Part shown: piece by piece, positions 9,760-41,149 of the stretch
How positions within the stretch are numbered: the stretch's first letter is position 1
Layout: each line of letters starts with the position of its first letter
From: Callorhinchus milii
Taxonomy: Eukaryota
Length of the DNA: 64,000 nucleotides
Direction of reading: 5' to 3'
Assembly: GCF_018977255.1 (NCBI RefSeq)
Contig: NW_024704746.1
Coordinates: forward strand, 21,266,001 to 21,330,000
Translations under genes and position numbers: made by a program
Notes under the pieces: model-generated
What the model was told of the DNA's origin: nothing
What the model saw: only the letters and a program-made list of their open reading frames with translations
The model's database searches: none

Positions 9760-10621
9760 TGAAAGAATAACAGGACAGCTCTGGAAAAGGGCAGAGGGTC
9801 ACCTCTTATCAGTAAATGACAACAAGCCACAGAGGTAACGGTCCAAGGTACCGGTCGACACAGGATCTCGACTTAGTAATAAGTTGCTAGATTCTGACAG
9901 GGACTGCCAAGCGACAAAAGGCAACCAGCAACAACAACAATATGATTGCATTTACAGAGCGCCTTTCACGTCGGGAGGACGTCCCAAGGCGTTGAAGAAT
10001 AGCAACAAATGAGCAAGTTGCTTAAACTAGAGGACCTTGGTACCATCCCGGGATACTGATAAGAAATAACAAGTCACTTGAAACGAATGTACTAATGATT
10101 CCACATAATAAAATAACAAGCACCAGATGCAGTCAAACTGATCAGTCTCCTATCTTAGACAGGAAAAAGGGAAGACCTCGTGAAGACTCAGTCATGCTGG
10201 CACCAAGCCACATGATTGATTAACCTGAGTACGTGACTGTATCAGAAGTGGGTAGAGGGGCCCTAGTTAGGCCGAGGCAGTTGGTCGACAAACTGCCGAA
10301 TAAGGTGAGGTAAAATACGAAGAGATTGGATATGTAAATACGGGATGTAATGGCAAGTCAGGCGACTGACTATAAGTAGCCGAAAAAGAGAAGTGGAAAG
10401 CAGTCCGGAACAGCGCTAACAGACGGTCATGGAAGATTGAAAGCCTGAATAACTGAAGCAACTAAGAAAGAACCCTGTTCCGGACTCGCAGTACTCGTTC
10501 TAGTGGCGTTGACGGTTGACTGCTGAAATAAGTGCATTTCAATGGTATTTTTGTTTGAATAAACTTGGCTTAACAGACTTTACCTAAAGCGAATGCTGGG
10601 TGACCTTTTTGATGTCTAACA
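9760..10621 (+). mobile_element. Possible solo LTR with a nested L2 tail (9928-9992)
   Basis: TG...CA ends, TATAA at 10371, AATAAA at 10558, CpG-richer than flanks; no clear target-site duplication. Confidence 0.3.
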
Positions 10622-11322
10622 CCGGTAAATGTCATCAGGAACTATACCTGTTCCTTATATTGTGATAGGAATTTTAAATAGAATATTTTGCTTGTTTCTT
10701 GTTGAAAGTAGGATGTGATTTTAGAATTAAGGTTTAATACTGAGAGCAGGTTTGAGATCTTTACACTGGATCTCAACAGTTCCTTCTGATGTGAATAGCG
10801 CTATATAAACGTAATTTTGATGTTGTTGCTATGTTTGACAAATTGTTTTATGTTGAATTTTTAATGGAGCAGAGGAAAATGAACTTTATCTCTTACCTGT
10901 GTGTTTGGCCTGGGGGAGTTTGAGATGATTAATCAAACCCTCCCCCCCAAAAAACAAGCAATAGTTGTAATCATCTATATGTATATATGTGTGTGTATAT
11001 ATTATATATGTGTGTGTATATATATTTTAATTCAATGTCCACAACTTCATACTTCATTCAGTGTAACACTGAATTACTGCAGTGAAAATAGGAGATCCTG
11101 AACGTGAGCTTTTTAGAAATACCAAATGAATTGAAGAAGCAGATTAGAATTTGGTTTCTGATGGTCAGGTCTCTCATTGGCTTTAAATCCGATATTGACA
11201 TGAAATGAAGAGGGGATGGGGGAGACAGAAGTAGAGCAAGTTAATATCACTGTAGACTGTCTTCACACAAATCTATATAGTGTGTCTTCATACAATTCAC
11301 TATAACAGAGTCTTCATGCTAA

Positions 11323-19708
<8,386 letters not shown>

Positions 19709-19769
19709 TTGGTTTTAATGCGGACACTCACACACACACACACACTCACACTCACACACAGCCTTGGGG

Positions 19770-20365
19770 TGGAGTGGTGTTGGTTGGTGTTGTGTTGGTT
19801 GGTGTTGTCTTGTGTTGGTGTTGTGTTGGTTGTGTTGGTGTTGCGTTGGTGTTGTGTTGGATGTGTTGGTGTCGTCTTGTGTTGGTGTTGTGTTGGTTGG
19901 TGTTGTCTTGTGTTGGTGTTGTGTTGTCTTGTGTTGGTGTTGTATTGTCTTGTGTTGGTGTTGTGTTGGTTGTGTTGGTGTTGTGTTGGTTGGTGTTGTG
20001 TTGGTGTTGTGTTGGTTGGTGTTGTGTTGGTTGGTGTTGTGTTGTGTTGTGTTGGTGTTGTGTTGGTTGTGTTGTGTTGGTGTTGTGTTGGTGTTGTGTT
20101 GGTGTTGTGTTGGTGTTGTGTTGTTGTGTTGTTGGTGTTGTGTTGGTGTTGTGTTGTGTTGGTTGTGTTGGTTGTTGTGTTGTGTTGGTGTTGGTTGTGT
20201 TGGTGTTGTGTTGGTTGTGTTGGTGTTGTGTTGGTTGTGTTGGTGTTGGTTGTGTTGGTTGGTGTTGTGTTGGTGTTGTGTTGGTTGTGTTGGTGTTGTG
20301 TTGGTTGTGTTGGTGTTGTGTTGGTTGGTGTTGTGTTGGTTGTGTTGGTGTTGGTTGTGTTGGTT
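19770..20365. repeat. (GTGTT/GGTT)n low-complexity array upstream of TTC22
   Basis: Visible; source of the V/C/W/L-rich ORFs. Confidence 0.95.
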
Positions 20366-22194
20366 CTAACCCCTGTCCCAGCCGATGTGTCCTACCTGTA
20401 ACCTCTGATCCACTAAGGTGGGAGGGGTTGAACAGGTAAAGGGTGTGACTGCTAACAGGGGTCAAAGTCTTATTTCCTATTTGGTGGCATTTACATTTTT
20501 TTATATGGACACACTACTCACTTGCCTGTATATACATATATATATATATGTGTGTGTGTGTATGTATCTATATATATATATACAGACACACACACCATGT
20601 TATTGTAACTCAACTCTCTTTGGAGGTTCCTTTCTAGTACCAGGTCCCATATACTATCTGGGAATCCAGGAGATTTTACCCCCAACACACTCTCTCTCTC
20701 TCTCTCTCTCTCAGTGCTATACGGTACTTGGAGATGTCTAAGCAAAGGTGTCTGACCACCTACAATTTTCCTTTGCTGCCTTCTTCCCCCACGAGAAACT
20801 AGCAACGGTTACACTACTCCACAGGCAATAATAATTATGTGGTAAGGCACTATATAATAACAATAATGGAATAATCCTGCATTCGATACAACGCCTCATC
20901 ACATCTTCGAGACATCTCAAAGCGCTTCACAGAATATTCTGTAAACTGACTGTATATTTTGTGGGCGAAACCCAGCAGCCAATATAATTAATATATCGAA
21001 TGCAACTATTATTACTATTATTATTACTCGTTAAACCCACATGTTGCTGGCAGCTTTCAGATTACTCGAGAATCAATTCCATGCATCCCACCTACACATG
21101 GAAATTCCAGAGAGGGATTGTTAGAATTTAGTTCAGCATTAATTGGAACGATAGCTGTGAATGCGGACTTGCATCTCCTTATGTGGGAAGCTGTGGACGG
21201 TCTCTGACAGCGGTGCCCCCAGCCTTTGGGAACGCTTTCACATTAGAGTGCTTCGGAATGTAGGTGTGACAGCTTGAGATCGCCCGGGAATGCTGTTTCG
21301 CCCTCTTTCGGCACGGTTGCCATTTCAACAATGTGCCAGATCGAGTCCTTCCAGTCTCGCAAGAAGTCTGGACCAGTTCAATCGGATGAACCAACAAGAC
21401 AAACAAGGAGACAAGTCTCTCCGACCAGCCCATCTTTACAGCTGTCATCTCGATTTACGCCAACAGTGTCAAAGCTTCACAGTTCAGATCCAAAGTAACT
21501 GACACCACACACACACAACAAAAACATGCACCTTCTGATACTCCAATGATACCCAAGAGAGAGACACACAGAGAGAGAGAGATGTATATCTCCTCCATCT
21601 GCTGCTTCAATAAAACATAAGAGAGAGTTAGATAGAACACACACACACACACACACTACTCAAATGTATGTGGAGAATAGCAGTTAGGAATAAATTACAC
21701 CCAGAAAACAAGCAGTTACACAACATATTGGGGTGGGGGGGGGGGGTGGGGGGGGGGTGAGATAAATTATTTACACAGGGAATGAGGAATGATGGGGTTT
21801 GCTTAGGAATTGTGAATGTCTGGGGAGTGAAGTAAGAAAAAAAAATCAGCAAAAGAGTTCAGATTACACTGTACTGCGTGTGCGGATTATATTGGATTTC
21901 ACTTGGGGGTCGAGTCTTGTGTTTGGATTCATTTTCCATCACCTGAATCGGATCGTCCGAACCACTGGTACATTTAAGACGTTGGTTATTATTTTATAAA
22001 TTGTCCGATTGCTATTACGTGCTCTGATAACACGCGTGTCCCGTTGCCAAGGAGCCCCCCCCCCCCCCCCCCCCCAGAGTGTGGTGGCTCAGATCACCGT
22101 GAAATGAAGCAGCAGCTCATTCGGACTGGATGGACATTGGGGCGAGGATCCTCCTGCCCTGGGCATCCCACAGGTGTTGACCATCCCATCCCAC

Positions 22195-25100
22195 ATGGCC
22201 AGCAAAAGTTTCACAGGTGCTCCCTTTGGCACTCAGAAATCCAGGTGAGATAAGAGCAGTGCGTGTGGACCAAACTGATGGAGTAGAGTGACTTATTGCT
22301 GATGGAGTAGTGCGACTTATTGCTGATGGAGTAGTGCGACTTATTGCTGATGGAGTAGTGCGACTTATTGCTGATGGAGTAGTGCGACTTATTGCTGATG
22401 GAGTAGTGCGACTTATTGCTGATGGAGTAGAGTGACTTATTGCTGATGGAGTAGAGTGACTTATTGCTGATGGAGTAGAGTGACTTATTGCTGATGGAGT
22501 AGAGTGACTTATTGCTGAAGGAGTAGTGCGACTTATTGCTGATGGAGTAGAGTGACTTATTGCTGATGGAGTAGTGCAACTTATTGCTGATGGAGTAGAG
22601 TGACTTATTGCTGATGGAGTAGTGTCATCACTAACCATCGCTGATTTCTCGTGGGGGAAGAAGTAGTGTAACCATTGCTAATTGGGGGGGAAGAACTCTC
22701 CTCTCAGTCTTCACTTATTTGTTCAATTAATTAAGATCCAGGATAGACTCGGGACAGTTTTTTTAAAAAAAAAACCCACACACACATTTTGTTCTTAAAT
22801 GAGGTGAGCAAACAACATGTGTTACTCGCTTCTGGGTCTTCTGTTGGTCTTTTTTGTTTGTTTTGTTTTGTTTTTTTTGTCGTCTCTGAAGAAATCCAAA
22901 CCCAGAAAGTAGATGGAAAGCCAAAACATTACAGTCGTTCTTCCCCCGAATTAAAATGTTTCTTTATTTCTTGGGAAAGTCACTTTTCTGCGCGTTTTCT
23001 TGAGAGAAGTAATGATTTAATTTAAAAAAAATAAACGGGAAAGTTACCGAATTAGGGTTTCAAAGACTTAATTACCTCTCAGGGATGGCAAAACAATTCG
23101 ATTTCTGACCTGTGGTAAAGGTTATAAAACATTATTGAAAATAACATCCTCCAGTTCTTCCTTTTAATGTAGACGTTTAAGTTTTAACAATTTAAATATC
23201 TTCATAAAGGAACCTCTATTTTACCATTGATATCCGCAATTTGCTGAAACCAATAGTTTCTGTATCGCTTTAGAGCTTTAATCATTGGTAATGTATCTGT
23301 GAAACAAATTACTCCATTTAGCAAGAAACATAAAAGTATCAGAACTCAGAAGCAAAAAGCTACTGAACAAGGTTGGACCATCATAATATAAATTCAAAAT
23401 GAAAATTCTTCTTCTTTCTTCATTCATATCCAGGTTGAATACTCACCCGTCAACAGGAAACCTCTCTTATGATGGGCTCTATTTTGCGACTATATTCTTG
23501 CAAATGACTTAAATCAGATGAATGCCATTTAATACTTTTGTTTGCCTTTGATCCTGCTCGATATACTCTGTTTGTATACCCTCCAGGGTTGGCTTCATTG
23601 GTAATGTATTACACATTGCACCATTTGAGCTTTGACCTAGTCACGAATAAATTGATATATCTACTCAGCCCAAACATCTCTTAGCACATCAGCGGTAATC
23701 AGAGTGAAGTGCAGTGATTATGCTTTTGTAGACAAATGCCAATTTTGCACACAGCAAAGTATCACCAGCAGACATTAACCAAATGACCAATTGACGTTTT
23801 TTGGTGAGAAATAAAAATGGTCTGAATGGGTTTGGGATATTGATTGAAGCAAACAGAAAGGGCTAAATGCCTTTTTTTCTTCCATTCTAGTTACGTTTCA
23901 TGACTTTGAAGTTGATTACAAGAGTATTTTTACTTCTGGTGTTCTTCCAGGTTTGATGTGAACATACTCTACCCAAATAGAAGGAAGCCAGGCACCTACA
24001 CAGAAGTGGTTTATGATAAAAAAGCTACCGGGGAATTGGTAAGTTAGACAACCGTTCCAGAAGAAGGGGCTGTCAAACAGTCCAAGACTTTAATCAGTAA
24101 ATAAAACCAGAGGCTCATCTCTAACTAATGGTGACTACATCTCAGGCCTGTTGGTGCGGAGATCCACATCAGGTTTGCATAATTTACCACAAGATTCTTG
24201 CTAAAGCATCAGTCCTAAAAAAAAGTCACCCTCCTACAACACAGTTCTAAGGAACTCAATGTTTTATATCCTTTTACAGATCCATTGCTAAGGACTGGTT
24301 CCCACACAAGTCCTGTCAATGAGACAGTTGGTCCATTATTAACAATGCCCTGGAGTCCTGTAATAACCTGGTTCAGGAACTACCAGTACTACCATGAAGG
24401 TTGACGTGATTCTAATGTACATCATATTGGAGCTAGCCACCACAGCTCCAAGGTAACGCCACTTACCGATCCCCTCCCCGATTCCAGGTCCTGCTTATTG
24501 CCAACCCCTGGTAACAGATCTGAGATTAAGAAATCATCTCATTGGCCAATATCTCATTCTAAATTACACCAACAACAAATATTTGTATTAGATAAGAATT
24601 GTATTCTGTTCCAGGAAAGAAAGTTAGCTCCTGGGTACTACAATGCAGACCAAGGCAGCTTCAGCCTTGAAGCAGTGGCTCGAAGAGCGTCTGGACCTGG
24701 CTGGGCAAGAGAACAGGAGATAGAGAAGTTTGCTCGCACTCCACAAATGTTTTATAAGGAAAAAAAGCAAAGACAGACATTTCTGGTAATTACTGTACAG
24801 ATTGTTTTATCTCCCCTCTATTACATTTAAAAACAAATTACAGTAGGTACTAGGCGATGGGTGAGGTGTACATAGTGTGATCTTCTCTTTGCATTTTGAA
24901 CATGGCAATTAACAACAACAACGACGGCAATTAAGCTTGATCCATGGTTCATTTTCATTGTTTGAAATTAACCAGCCTTCCTGCTTTTGAAGTAATATAC
25001 AACTGATTTTTCAAAAACAGTTACAGCAGTATAAAGACATTGCCTCTATATTTATAGAACATAAACATATAATAATCTTTGCATTTGATGTAGCGCCTTA

Positions 25101-28100
25101 GGTTGCTGAACCATTTTTTGTACCTCAGGAAATGAGCCGGGGCCCTGGAAGATACACCATACCTTATTTTCTGGACTTACTGGAAAAGAAAAATCCTGGA
25201 ATGAGAGGCGTTTGTGACACCAGAGAGGAGCGATTTAAGGAGGTTGATGTAAGGATTTAGTTTTTTGCCTTTTCAAATAATTTCTATTGTTTTTTTTGCA
25301 TTAAATATCAGTGAAACACACATGTAATATACCTGGAAATTAGATTTTTAAAGGAAGAACCAATTCTACAATTGCTGTATTTCTATTAGTTTATGACCCA
25401 CTATGAGTTTAGTCGACATGTCTAGTCCCAGACTGGCTTTAGAAAGCTTCGCAGAATCTGGGGTGTGGACTTTGAAATATTTGGTAATATGTACAGGAGC
25501 ATTAGGTTGACCAGATTTTTTTGTTTTAACAAATATTAAGCAAAAGATGTGAAGTTATTTTAGCTTTGCTGATTTTCAGAATTACACCCCAGGTCCTGGG
25601 ACATATGGAAAGGGAGGAATCCCAAGTGCGCTGTTGGAGGAGAAAGAAAAGGTTTCTCCTGGAAAACTGGGATTGATGGATTCAAAGGGTTTAAAATCCC
25701 GAGCTCCCATGATACATGTAAGTACGTCAACGTTGTTGTATTTCCTAAGGAAACATAAAGTGAGGAGATAGAGCAGTTTCCCCTGAAGGCGGAAAGAGAA
25801 TTATTTTTCCTCACTTGCACCAATATTGAACGATTTAAGTGGATTGAGAAATCTGGAATCAGGATTGGCATTTAATTTAAAAATGTTCTTAGTCATCATG
25901 GGTGTCGCTATGGCATGAAGAAAGCCAATGACAGGTGAGGAAAGCACAGCAAAAAATTATGCATCATCAGCTTTCTATTACATTGTACTGAGGCTACAGG
26001 TCAAGCGAGATGTTATAATGCATCTCAATTTTAATATATTCTTTTCTAGGGTTGTGATTTGGGGCCGGGCACCTATACCATTGAAAACAGCATAGATAAA
26101 TTACTGACTCGGGTCGTCAGTAAACGTGGCCCCTTCGATCTCTTCACAGGTTCAAGGAACAGTCGTATCATCACTGGGCATCGTGCAACGGTACGTAGAT
26201 GTCACAGTAAAGTTGCTGTATATATTTATTGCTACTTTAGGTTGATGGAGATGGTCGGTGGATGCCTGTGAAAGCCTGTGGAACGTACTGGGGTCAGAAC
26301 AGTTTTTCTTTTTTTTTCCTCTCAATCCAATCTAGGAATTGTGAAGTCCGCTCTCCTTGATGGCTAACAGGGAGAAATGAGTTTAAGCATTCTCAATGAA
26401 CTTCCTGATTAGATACCCACCCACAGCCGTCTATAATTTTATATTGCTGTACTTCACATTCAACAGAGACCAAAAGACGACGTTGGGAAATCACTATGTT
26501 AGGATTAGTGCAGCAGATTGTGTTCTTATGAGGTTAGGGTTAAGAAATACCGCAGAGGAAAAAAAGAAAATTTAAGAACACTAATAATTCTTAAATTTTG
26601 ATGCAGCACCTTTATTCGTTCGAGGGAGAAAATGCATTACTTGCCCATGTCCATTTTGCTACAATTATACCAAAAACAGGGTTTGCACCAAAATAGCTAT
26701 TCTACCTTAAACTTTAGTAAACTGGGCCTAAAATTGATAAGCGCTCAGTGTGTAATCTTGTGGTAAATTATGCAAACCTTATGTGGATCCCTGCACCAAC
26801 AAGCCTGAGATGCAGTCCTTAATTACCATGCGTGAGGGATGCTATATAGGGGCAAGTTGTTGGTGTTATTGTTGTAAAGTATCATGTACATTATTATTCA
26901 ACTCCACATTACCAACCTTTACTTTCTCTATGAAGCTGGATGCTTCTTTACACTTCCAATTACCATCAAAGGAATTCCCCCCAAATTTTCTGCAGTGAAA
27001 ATGTCCGCAAAAAAAAATCTTCCATTCTTAACTTTTCAGCCTTAATGATCTTGCGGTTTCCCATGTTCATAAACACAGACATATGGAGATATAGGAGGGT
27101 CATAGAAGTGAATTTCAAGGCTAGATTAGAAGAATTATGCAATTAATTGCTTGAAAATAACCTGGGTAAAGATGTGTTTTGTATTTTAGAGACCCATGAA
27201 CCTGAGTCCTGGAATGTACAAGATCAAGTCATTCACAAGTGACTTTTTATGCCAGGAAAAGAGGAGACATGGGAAGTTTGGGATGCAGGCACAATACCCC
27301 TTTCCCCCCACAGATCGCATATATTACAGCACCTTGAGCCAATGGCAAAGGCCGAAGGTCAGTCATTCAATCATTTCTATTTTTTTTAATTAAAATTATA
27401 TTTTCCTTGGGTTCTACTCTGCGGACGATGTAATGATCTTGTTCTTGTGTCTGAACAGAGCTACCCTGGATACTACTCCACAAAGCTACTTTCTAAACCA
27501 GAAAACCGAAAACCACCACCATTTTTAACCTCCACAACGAGAGGCAGCTACAAATCTGCTAAACTCTACAATTTCAACCCTGTGAGTGACCACTTCATAA
27601 CTTTTTTTAAACATTGAACTGAGTTACACGAAAAGAGATGGTTCATAAGATTATCCTCCCCCACCAAAAAAACTTGGCAATTATGTTCTGCCCAGCACCT
27701 CCTCCATGGGATGGCTGAAATCAGTGAGTTTCCATAGAAGTCTCTATGATCCAATCTCTTATTATTCTGGTATACAACCCTTCTTTACCCATGTACAGAA
27801 AGATACCAGCTGTTCTGCTCTGCTGAAGGGATTGCAGAGAAGTTCCACCAGATAGTTCACTAACGTTGTCTGAAGTCCGGAAAAACTATTTTCAAAGTTA
27901 AGACTCAATTCAACAATTTGCCAGATTCTGTATGCTCCACTGCTGTACTTGTGATCCTCTACAATGCTCTCATTGATTCAATAATAATAATAATAATAAT
28001 CCTTGCATTTGATATAGCGCTTTTCACATCGGGAGGATGTCCCAAAGCGCTTCACAGAACACACTGTAAAGTGAATTTAAAGTCAATGTGCTAATAAGCC

Positions 28101-28796
28101 ACCTGTTTATTTTCTCATTACAGAACAACGTAGGTGTGGGCCGCTATGACACTGCAAAGTATGACAAAACCAGACCAGTAAACTCCTTCAGATCATGTTT
28201 TCTCTCTAAAACCCAGCGTTACTTGTCTAATTTTACAAGGGACAAAATCCTACAGTAAGTGCGCACACATCCCTTGCCACAGTGAGAAAAACTGAGCGAT
28301 CATTTTCAGGTTGAATCGCAGAAGGGGAAAATTGGAATAGCTACATTTTTTGCTTTTTCTTCCTCACATGTTGACAGTGAGGTATATTAACCTTTTTTGT
28401 TGAAGAAAAAGTTTTACATTTCAAAACTACCTGTTATCATCCTGTTTGGATGGTGTTCTTGTTTCTTCAGTGTGACTTGGAAAGTTTTTCCTTTGTGAGC
28501 AGCTGTACATCCTCTTTGGTCTCTTGCCCATTCTGCCTGTGTGATTAGTTTTAGTTAATTTTGTCAATAACATGGATAAAATATCCGATAGTATAGCTGA
28601 GATCGAGTCCCTGCATGAAGGAATTGAAGGATGTACCTCTTGTGCAACAACTGTTGATAATTTAACTTGTTAAGACACCTAACCTATTATTAATTCTACC
28701 TGCTTAACTTCCAACTTTCATTATTATCATAGAGAGCGCCTGAAATCAACAAAGCCTCATCCAGTTCCAAGAGGGAGTTCGATCACCTTGCTTTGA
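22195..28796 (+). CDS. LEXM: Lymphocyte expansion molecule / ciliary microtubule-associated protein 2 (C1orf177), 397 aa; exons 22195-22244, 23951-24038, 24615-24785, 25129-25248, 25580-25717, 26050-26190, 27190-27357, 27459-27581, 28124-28254, 28733-28796
   Basis: MASKSFTGAPFGTQKSRFDV..YPN, repeated (G/A/S)PGxY STPGR/SHIPPO-like motifs, KRGPFDLFTGSR, PTDRIYYSTLSQ, VGVGRY, FLSKTQRYLS..RDKILQERL. Ten exons join in frame (1194 nt); synteny. Confidence 0.9.
22275..22624. repeat. 24-bp tandem repeat (ctgatggagtagWgYgacttattg), about 14.5 copies, LEXM intron 1
   Basis: Head-to-tail copies with two main variants and no spacers. Confidence 0.97.
27980..28077 (-). mobile_element. SINE 3' fragment
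   Basis: (AAT)n followed by ccttgcatttgatatagcgcttttcac...aagcgcttcacag. Confidence 0.8.
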
Positions 28797-31700
28797 AAGG
28801 AAGTTGAAGTCTGTACATCTTTTTGAATAAGTGAATAGATACCATCATTCATCAAGAGTCTGTACGGGTGTTCTCACATGTTTGGGAGCAAAACTAACAT
28901 TCTGCAGCTTATTTTGCCCCAATTTGACACTCTTGCAAATCACCCATTGCTCAATCGGTGCCTCCCACAAGTTAAACCATCCAATTTGGATAAATGTACC
29001 TAAATATCTGCATAAGACTTTTTGGATTCAAATTAACAGACATGGATACGTAGAAGGCACATCTCCGCATTATAAGGGAAGGCAGTATGTGGAAATAGTA
29101 AACAAATGTTAAATAAAATGCAAAAGATAAACCAACTTCAGCAGTTAAACTTTATTTAAAAACACCATAAATAAACCCAGATTAAACAGGTTTTTTTTTA
29201 ATGAATTTACAATACATTGACAAAGGGGGATTATCAGAATTACTAGCACTCTCAAACCTTCAACAGCAGATTATAAGGCCGGAATTCAACAAAAGGCTTA
29301 GAGCTCCCACCTCTCCCAAAACAAGCAGACAAAATACTGGAATCAGTTTATTACCGACTTTTGTGGTTGTTATCAACAGATGGACAGTACACAGAAAATT
29401 CAACACATCATTACTGAGATTGCAAATCCAATTTAGCTAAATGAACCGAACCTCCATAGTATATTTGTTTGCTCAGGAACCATTTACTCAAATTTAAACA
29501 AAAAAAATGCAAGAACAGAAATTATAAACTTGATACAAGAACCAAAATTAAGAAAAGGTTGATTACTTCCTCTGACCTTGTCAGGTTCTGCTGTATCATT
29601 GGTTTGAGAGGCTGTACCTTCATGTAACCCTGCACCAAAACAGCACCCGTTGCCTCCTCTCCCTCCAATAAGCAGGTATTTGGTCTAATACTTCAATTGC
29701 ACAGAATTCACATTTCAAATAAGTATTGTGGAAGTCCAAGGGTACCAGAGACATTTGATAATAATCCTTGCATTTGATTAACGCATTTAATGCCAGGAGA
29801 ATGTCTGAAAGTACTTCACTAGATTATATAAAGTGTAGTGACTATATGTAGGTGAACTCAGCAGCCAATTGGCACACAAGGAATGTCCCACAAACAGCCC
29901 CAAAAATCTACAGGAATATCTAACAAATTGATGGAAAGTTTATTTCTGTTCATCTGAACAGAAACGGTTTCAAATTCAGCATGTTGGATTTTTTATTCCC
30001 ACTCACACATACGTTGAACTCCTTCCAAAACAATTAGAACAGAGGAGTCTTTCATCAAATCGTTACAATAGGTTCAATTAAGACATAGATAAGTTTGAAG
30101 CAAATGATTTTGGCATGCCTTTTAGTACAGTGGCGACAGTGCTACACCAATATAAGAATAGTGATGGTGTAAGGAAGATCAAATTAGTGACACTGGGCTG
30201 CAAAAATGTCTTCTCTCTCTCAGACCTCCTATCTCACTACTAAACCAACACAATTCTCATTGAATCCTACAAAGCAGTGGCATAAAACACAACTAATCGA
30301 ATACTTGATCACATAGGTATCAGACATTGAAAAGGTTCCACTCTTTTTATGGAAAGTGCAGATGAGGAATAAGTCAAATTTTCTGTAAAAAAGTTGGTCT
30401 ATCTTGCTTGAAGTTCAAAGGCTAAGGCTAGAAGCCAACAAATAACTGAGTGAGTTAAACTTGTATGGCAAGCTGAAACTGGGCTCTTTGGGCATCACAA
30501 TTCCACACTCATATCCACACTAACGTACAGCATTTACAGGCAGCTTGATAAATTTCATTTACCTTTTACAAAATGTCGAGTTTTTGTCAACTCAATTTGA
30601 AATTTAGGCTTTAAACAATAATACTAAAGCAACAAACAGAAAACTTTCAAAACTCTCTCAGCAGGCACTGTAATGAGCTTGAACCTTCGCCCAGAAATTT
30701 TGAAACATTTGAATAGACTTCATTTAACTTTAAACAAAAGAGTACTGAGAGGAAGTGCAGTATTAAATTGGCAAATATGCATATTACACACTGTACCAAT
30801 GGAGCCAAGAATCAACACAATCCAATGCATAGTGGTCATCAAATCCAGTAGAAATTGATCTTACTTTTTTTAATCAATTTACACTGAATTGAAGGAATGC
30901 CAAGGGATCGCAATACAGTAAGTGTCCAAAATGAACAGCAGTTACAAAGCTGTATTTTAACAGAGGTTTTGGAGGAAATACACCATAACCAAGGCTTGAT
31001 GAGCTTATGAACATCAGTAGAACTTCAAGACTGAAGCACTACTTTGCACTGCTGTGGATGAGGTCTATTGATTCTCAGGTGGCAGGTGGCTAGGGCTAGA
31101 GAGGGGAAGGGGATCAGCTCCCAATCCACCTTTGCTCCAGTCTGGGCTAATTGGATGTTGTGGCGGAGAGGGGTGCTGCTCTTAGTGGTATGTAACGGGA
31201 GGTGAAGCAAAGCGAGTGTAGCAGTCAATGAGTTGAGTGAACAGGAATTGGATCCAGTGCCAACTCACTCTCACACACACATGCTCTGCAGTCTTCAGCA
31301 AAGCATGGTCAGGATGTACAAGGAGAACCTTGCTCAGCACAAACCCCCAATCCACTGAATGTTTTCACAGCTACCTATTACACACACACACGCACTATAA
31401 TACATAATAAATACACATGTGAATACTGTTATACACATACAGTGAATGCAACAGAAAGGCAATAAGCAGAGATATATTTTTGACCTGAAAGCATACATTA
31501 CCACAGAACAAGTACCTTACTGCGTAAAGAATAAAATCCATTCTAAGTTTTAATTACTTATTTCCCAGCAATACTCTCCACAGTCGTTTCGACTGTAGTG
31601 TTCAATCTCAAGGGCATTTACTTCAAAACATTTGGCACTTGATATTTAAATGCTAACAGAACTTTCCATATCATTCACTTCACACAGTGGATCCAGTAAG

Positions 31701-32563
31701 TTAAAACTTGGACTTGCCATGATATTATTCATTAGATTGTAACCGATTCAAGCCATTTAACCGCATGAAGAAATTCTAATTTTGTAATTGTAGTTTTTGT
31801 CTATATTTCACACAGTGCCTTTCATCATGCCTATGGCTGTTTGCACAATTAACTGACTAGATTTTTACTAAACCCTTCAACACACAAAATTACAGATGCA
31901 CTTACACCCACCATTTTGAATAACATATATCTTTTTAAAATAAACTAACAGCTGTGAGTGACAGAATGTGCTGAGCTGCTACAAGTCTTCTAGTTTCAAA
32001 TGAATGACAAGAAGCACAACTGATTACACATGAAGTGGGGAAAAAAAAGCCATAATTCTAGAACTAAAAAGATGGTCAACTGTGCCCAGGTAGCTCAGTG
32101 GATAACACTGCAGGATTTTTTATGTATTAAGTTATTTAACTCCCCAAGACAGTGTTTGTCATATTCCATTTTAGCTTCAGTGTATCCAGACTAGCAAGAT
32201 TTCCAAATCTGTATCACAATAGTGGGCTAAAATGGAATGTCCCCTCTTTTCCCTCCCGATACAAACAAAGCATGTCAAGGCATCCACATTAAGATCATCA
32301 CTTAAGATACAAAGTACAGGATACAAGATGCCTTTTCATGCCTGCAGAATCAAAATTTAGCATGAGGCACCTCCTTCAAGAGAAGCAGGCTTGGATGAGA
32401 ATCAGAAGAAATAGTTTCTTTGGAGAAATAAAAAGCTTTGAAATGAACTTAAAAGTGCGCTATGAATGGAACGCACAAAAATGTATCCTACGTATTAGGA
32501 AATAAATTAGATTGGAACTAAAGCTTCACCCGGTTCCTTCTCCTGCTAATCTCCCAGTGTCTT

Positions 32564-41061
<8,498 letters not shown>

Positions 41062-41149
41062 CCTCCCTCCCTCTCACACACACACACACACACAGGCCGG
41101 ACCGCCCTCACCCAAACCGCCGCTGGACGGGCCCTGTGGACCCCCCCGA

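Noticed and set aside
21274-21502. Extra upstream coding exon of LEXM
   Set aside because: A donor-like site exists at 21494/21495, but neither listed ORF joins in phase to the acceptor at 22173 and there is no recognisable homology; at most a non-coding exon.
22275-22624. CRISPR-like array
   Set aside because: Units are contiguous with no unique spacers; vertebrate intron; no cas genes.
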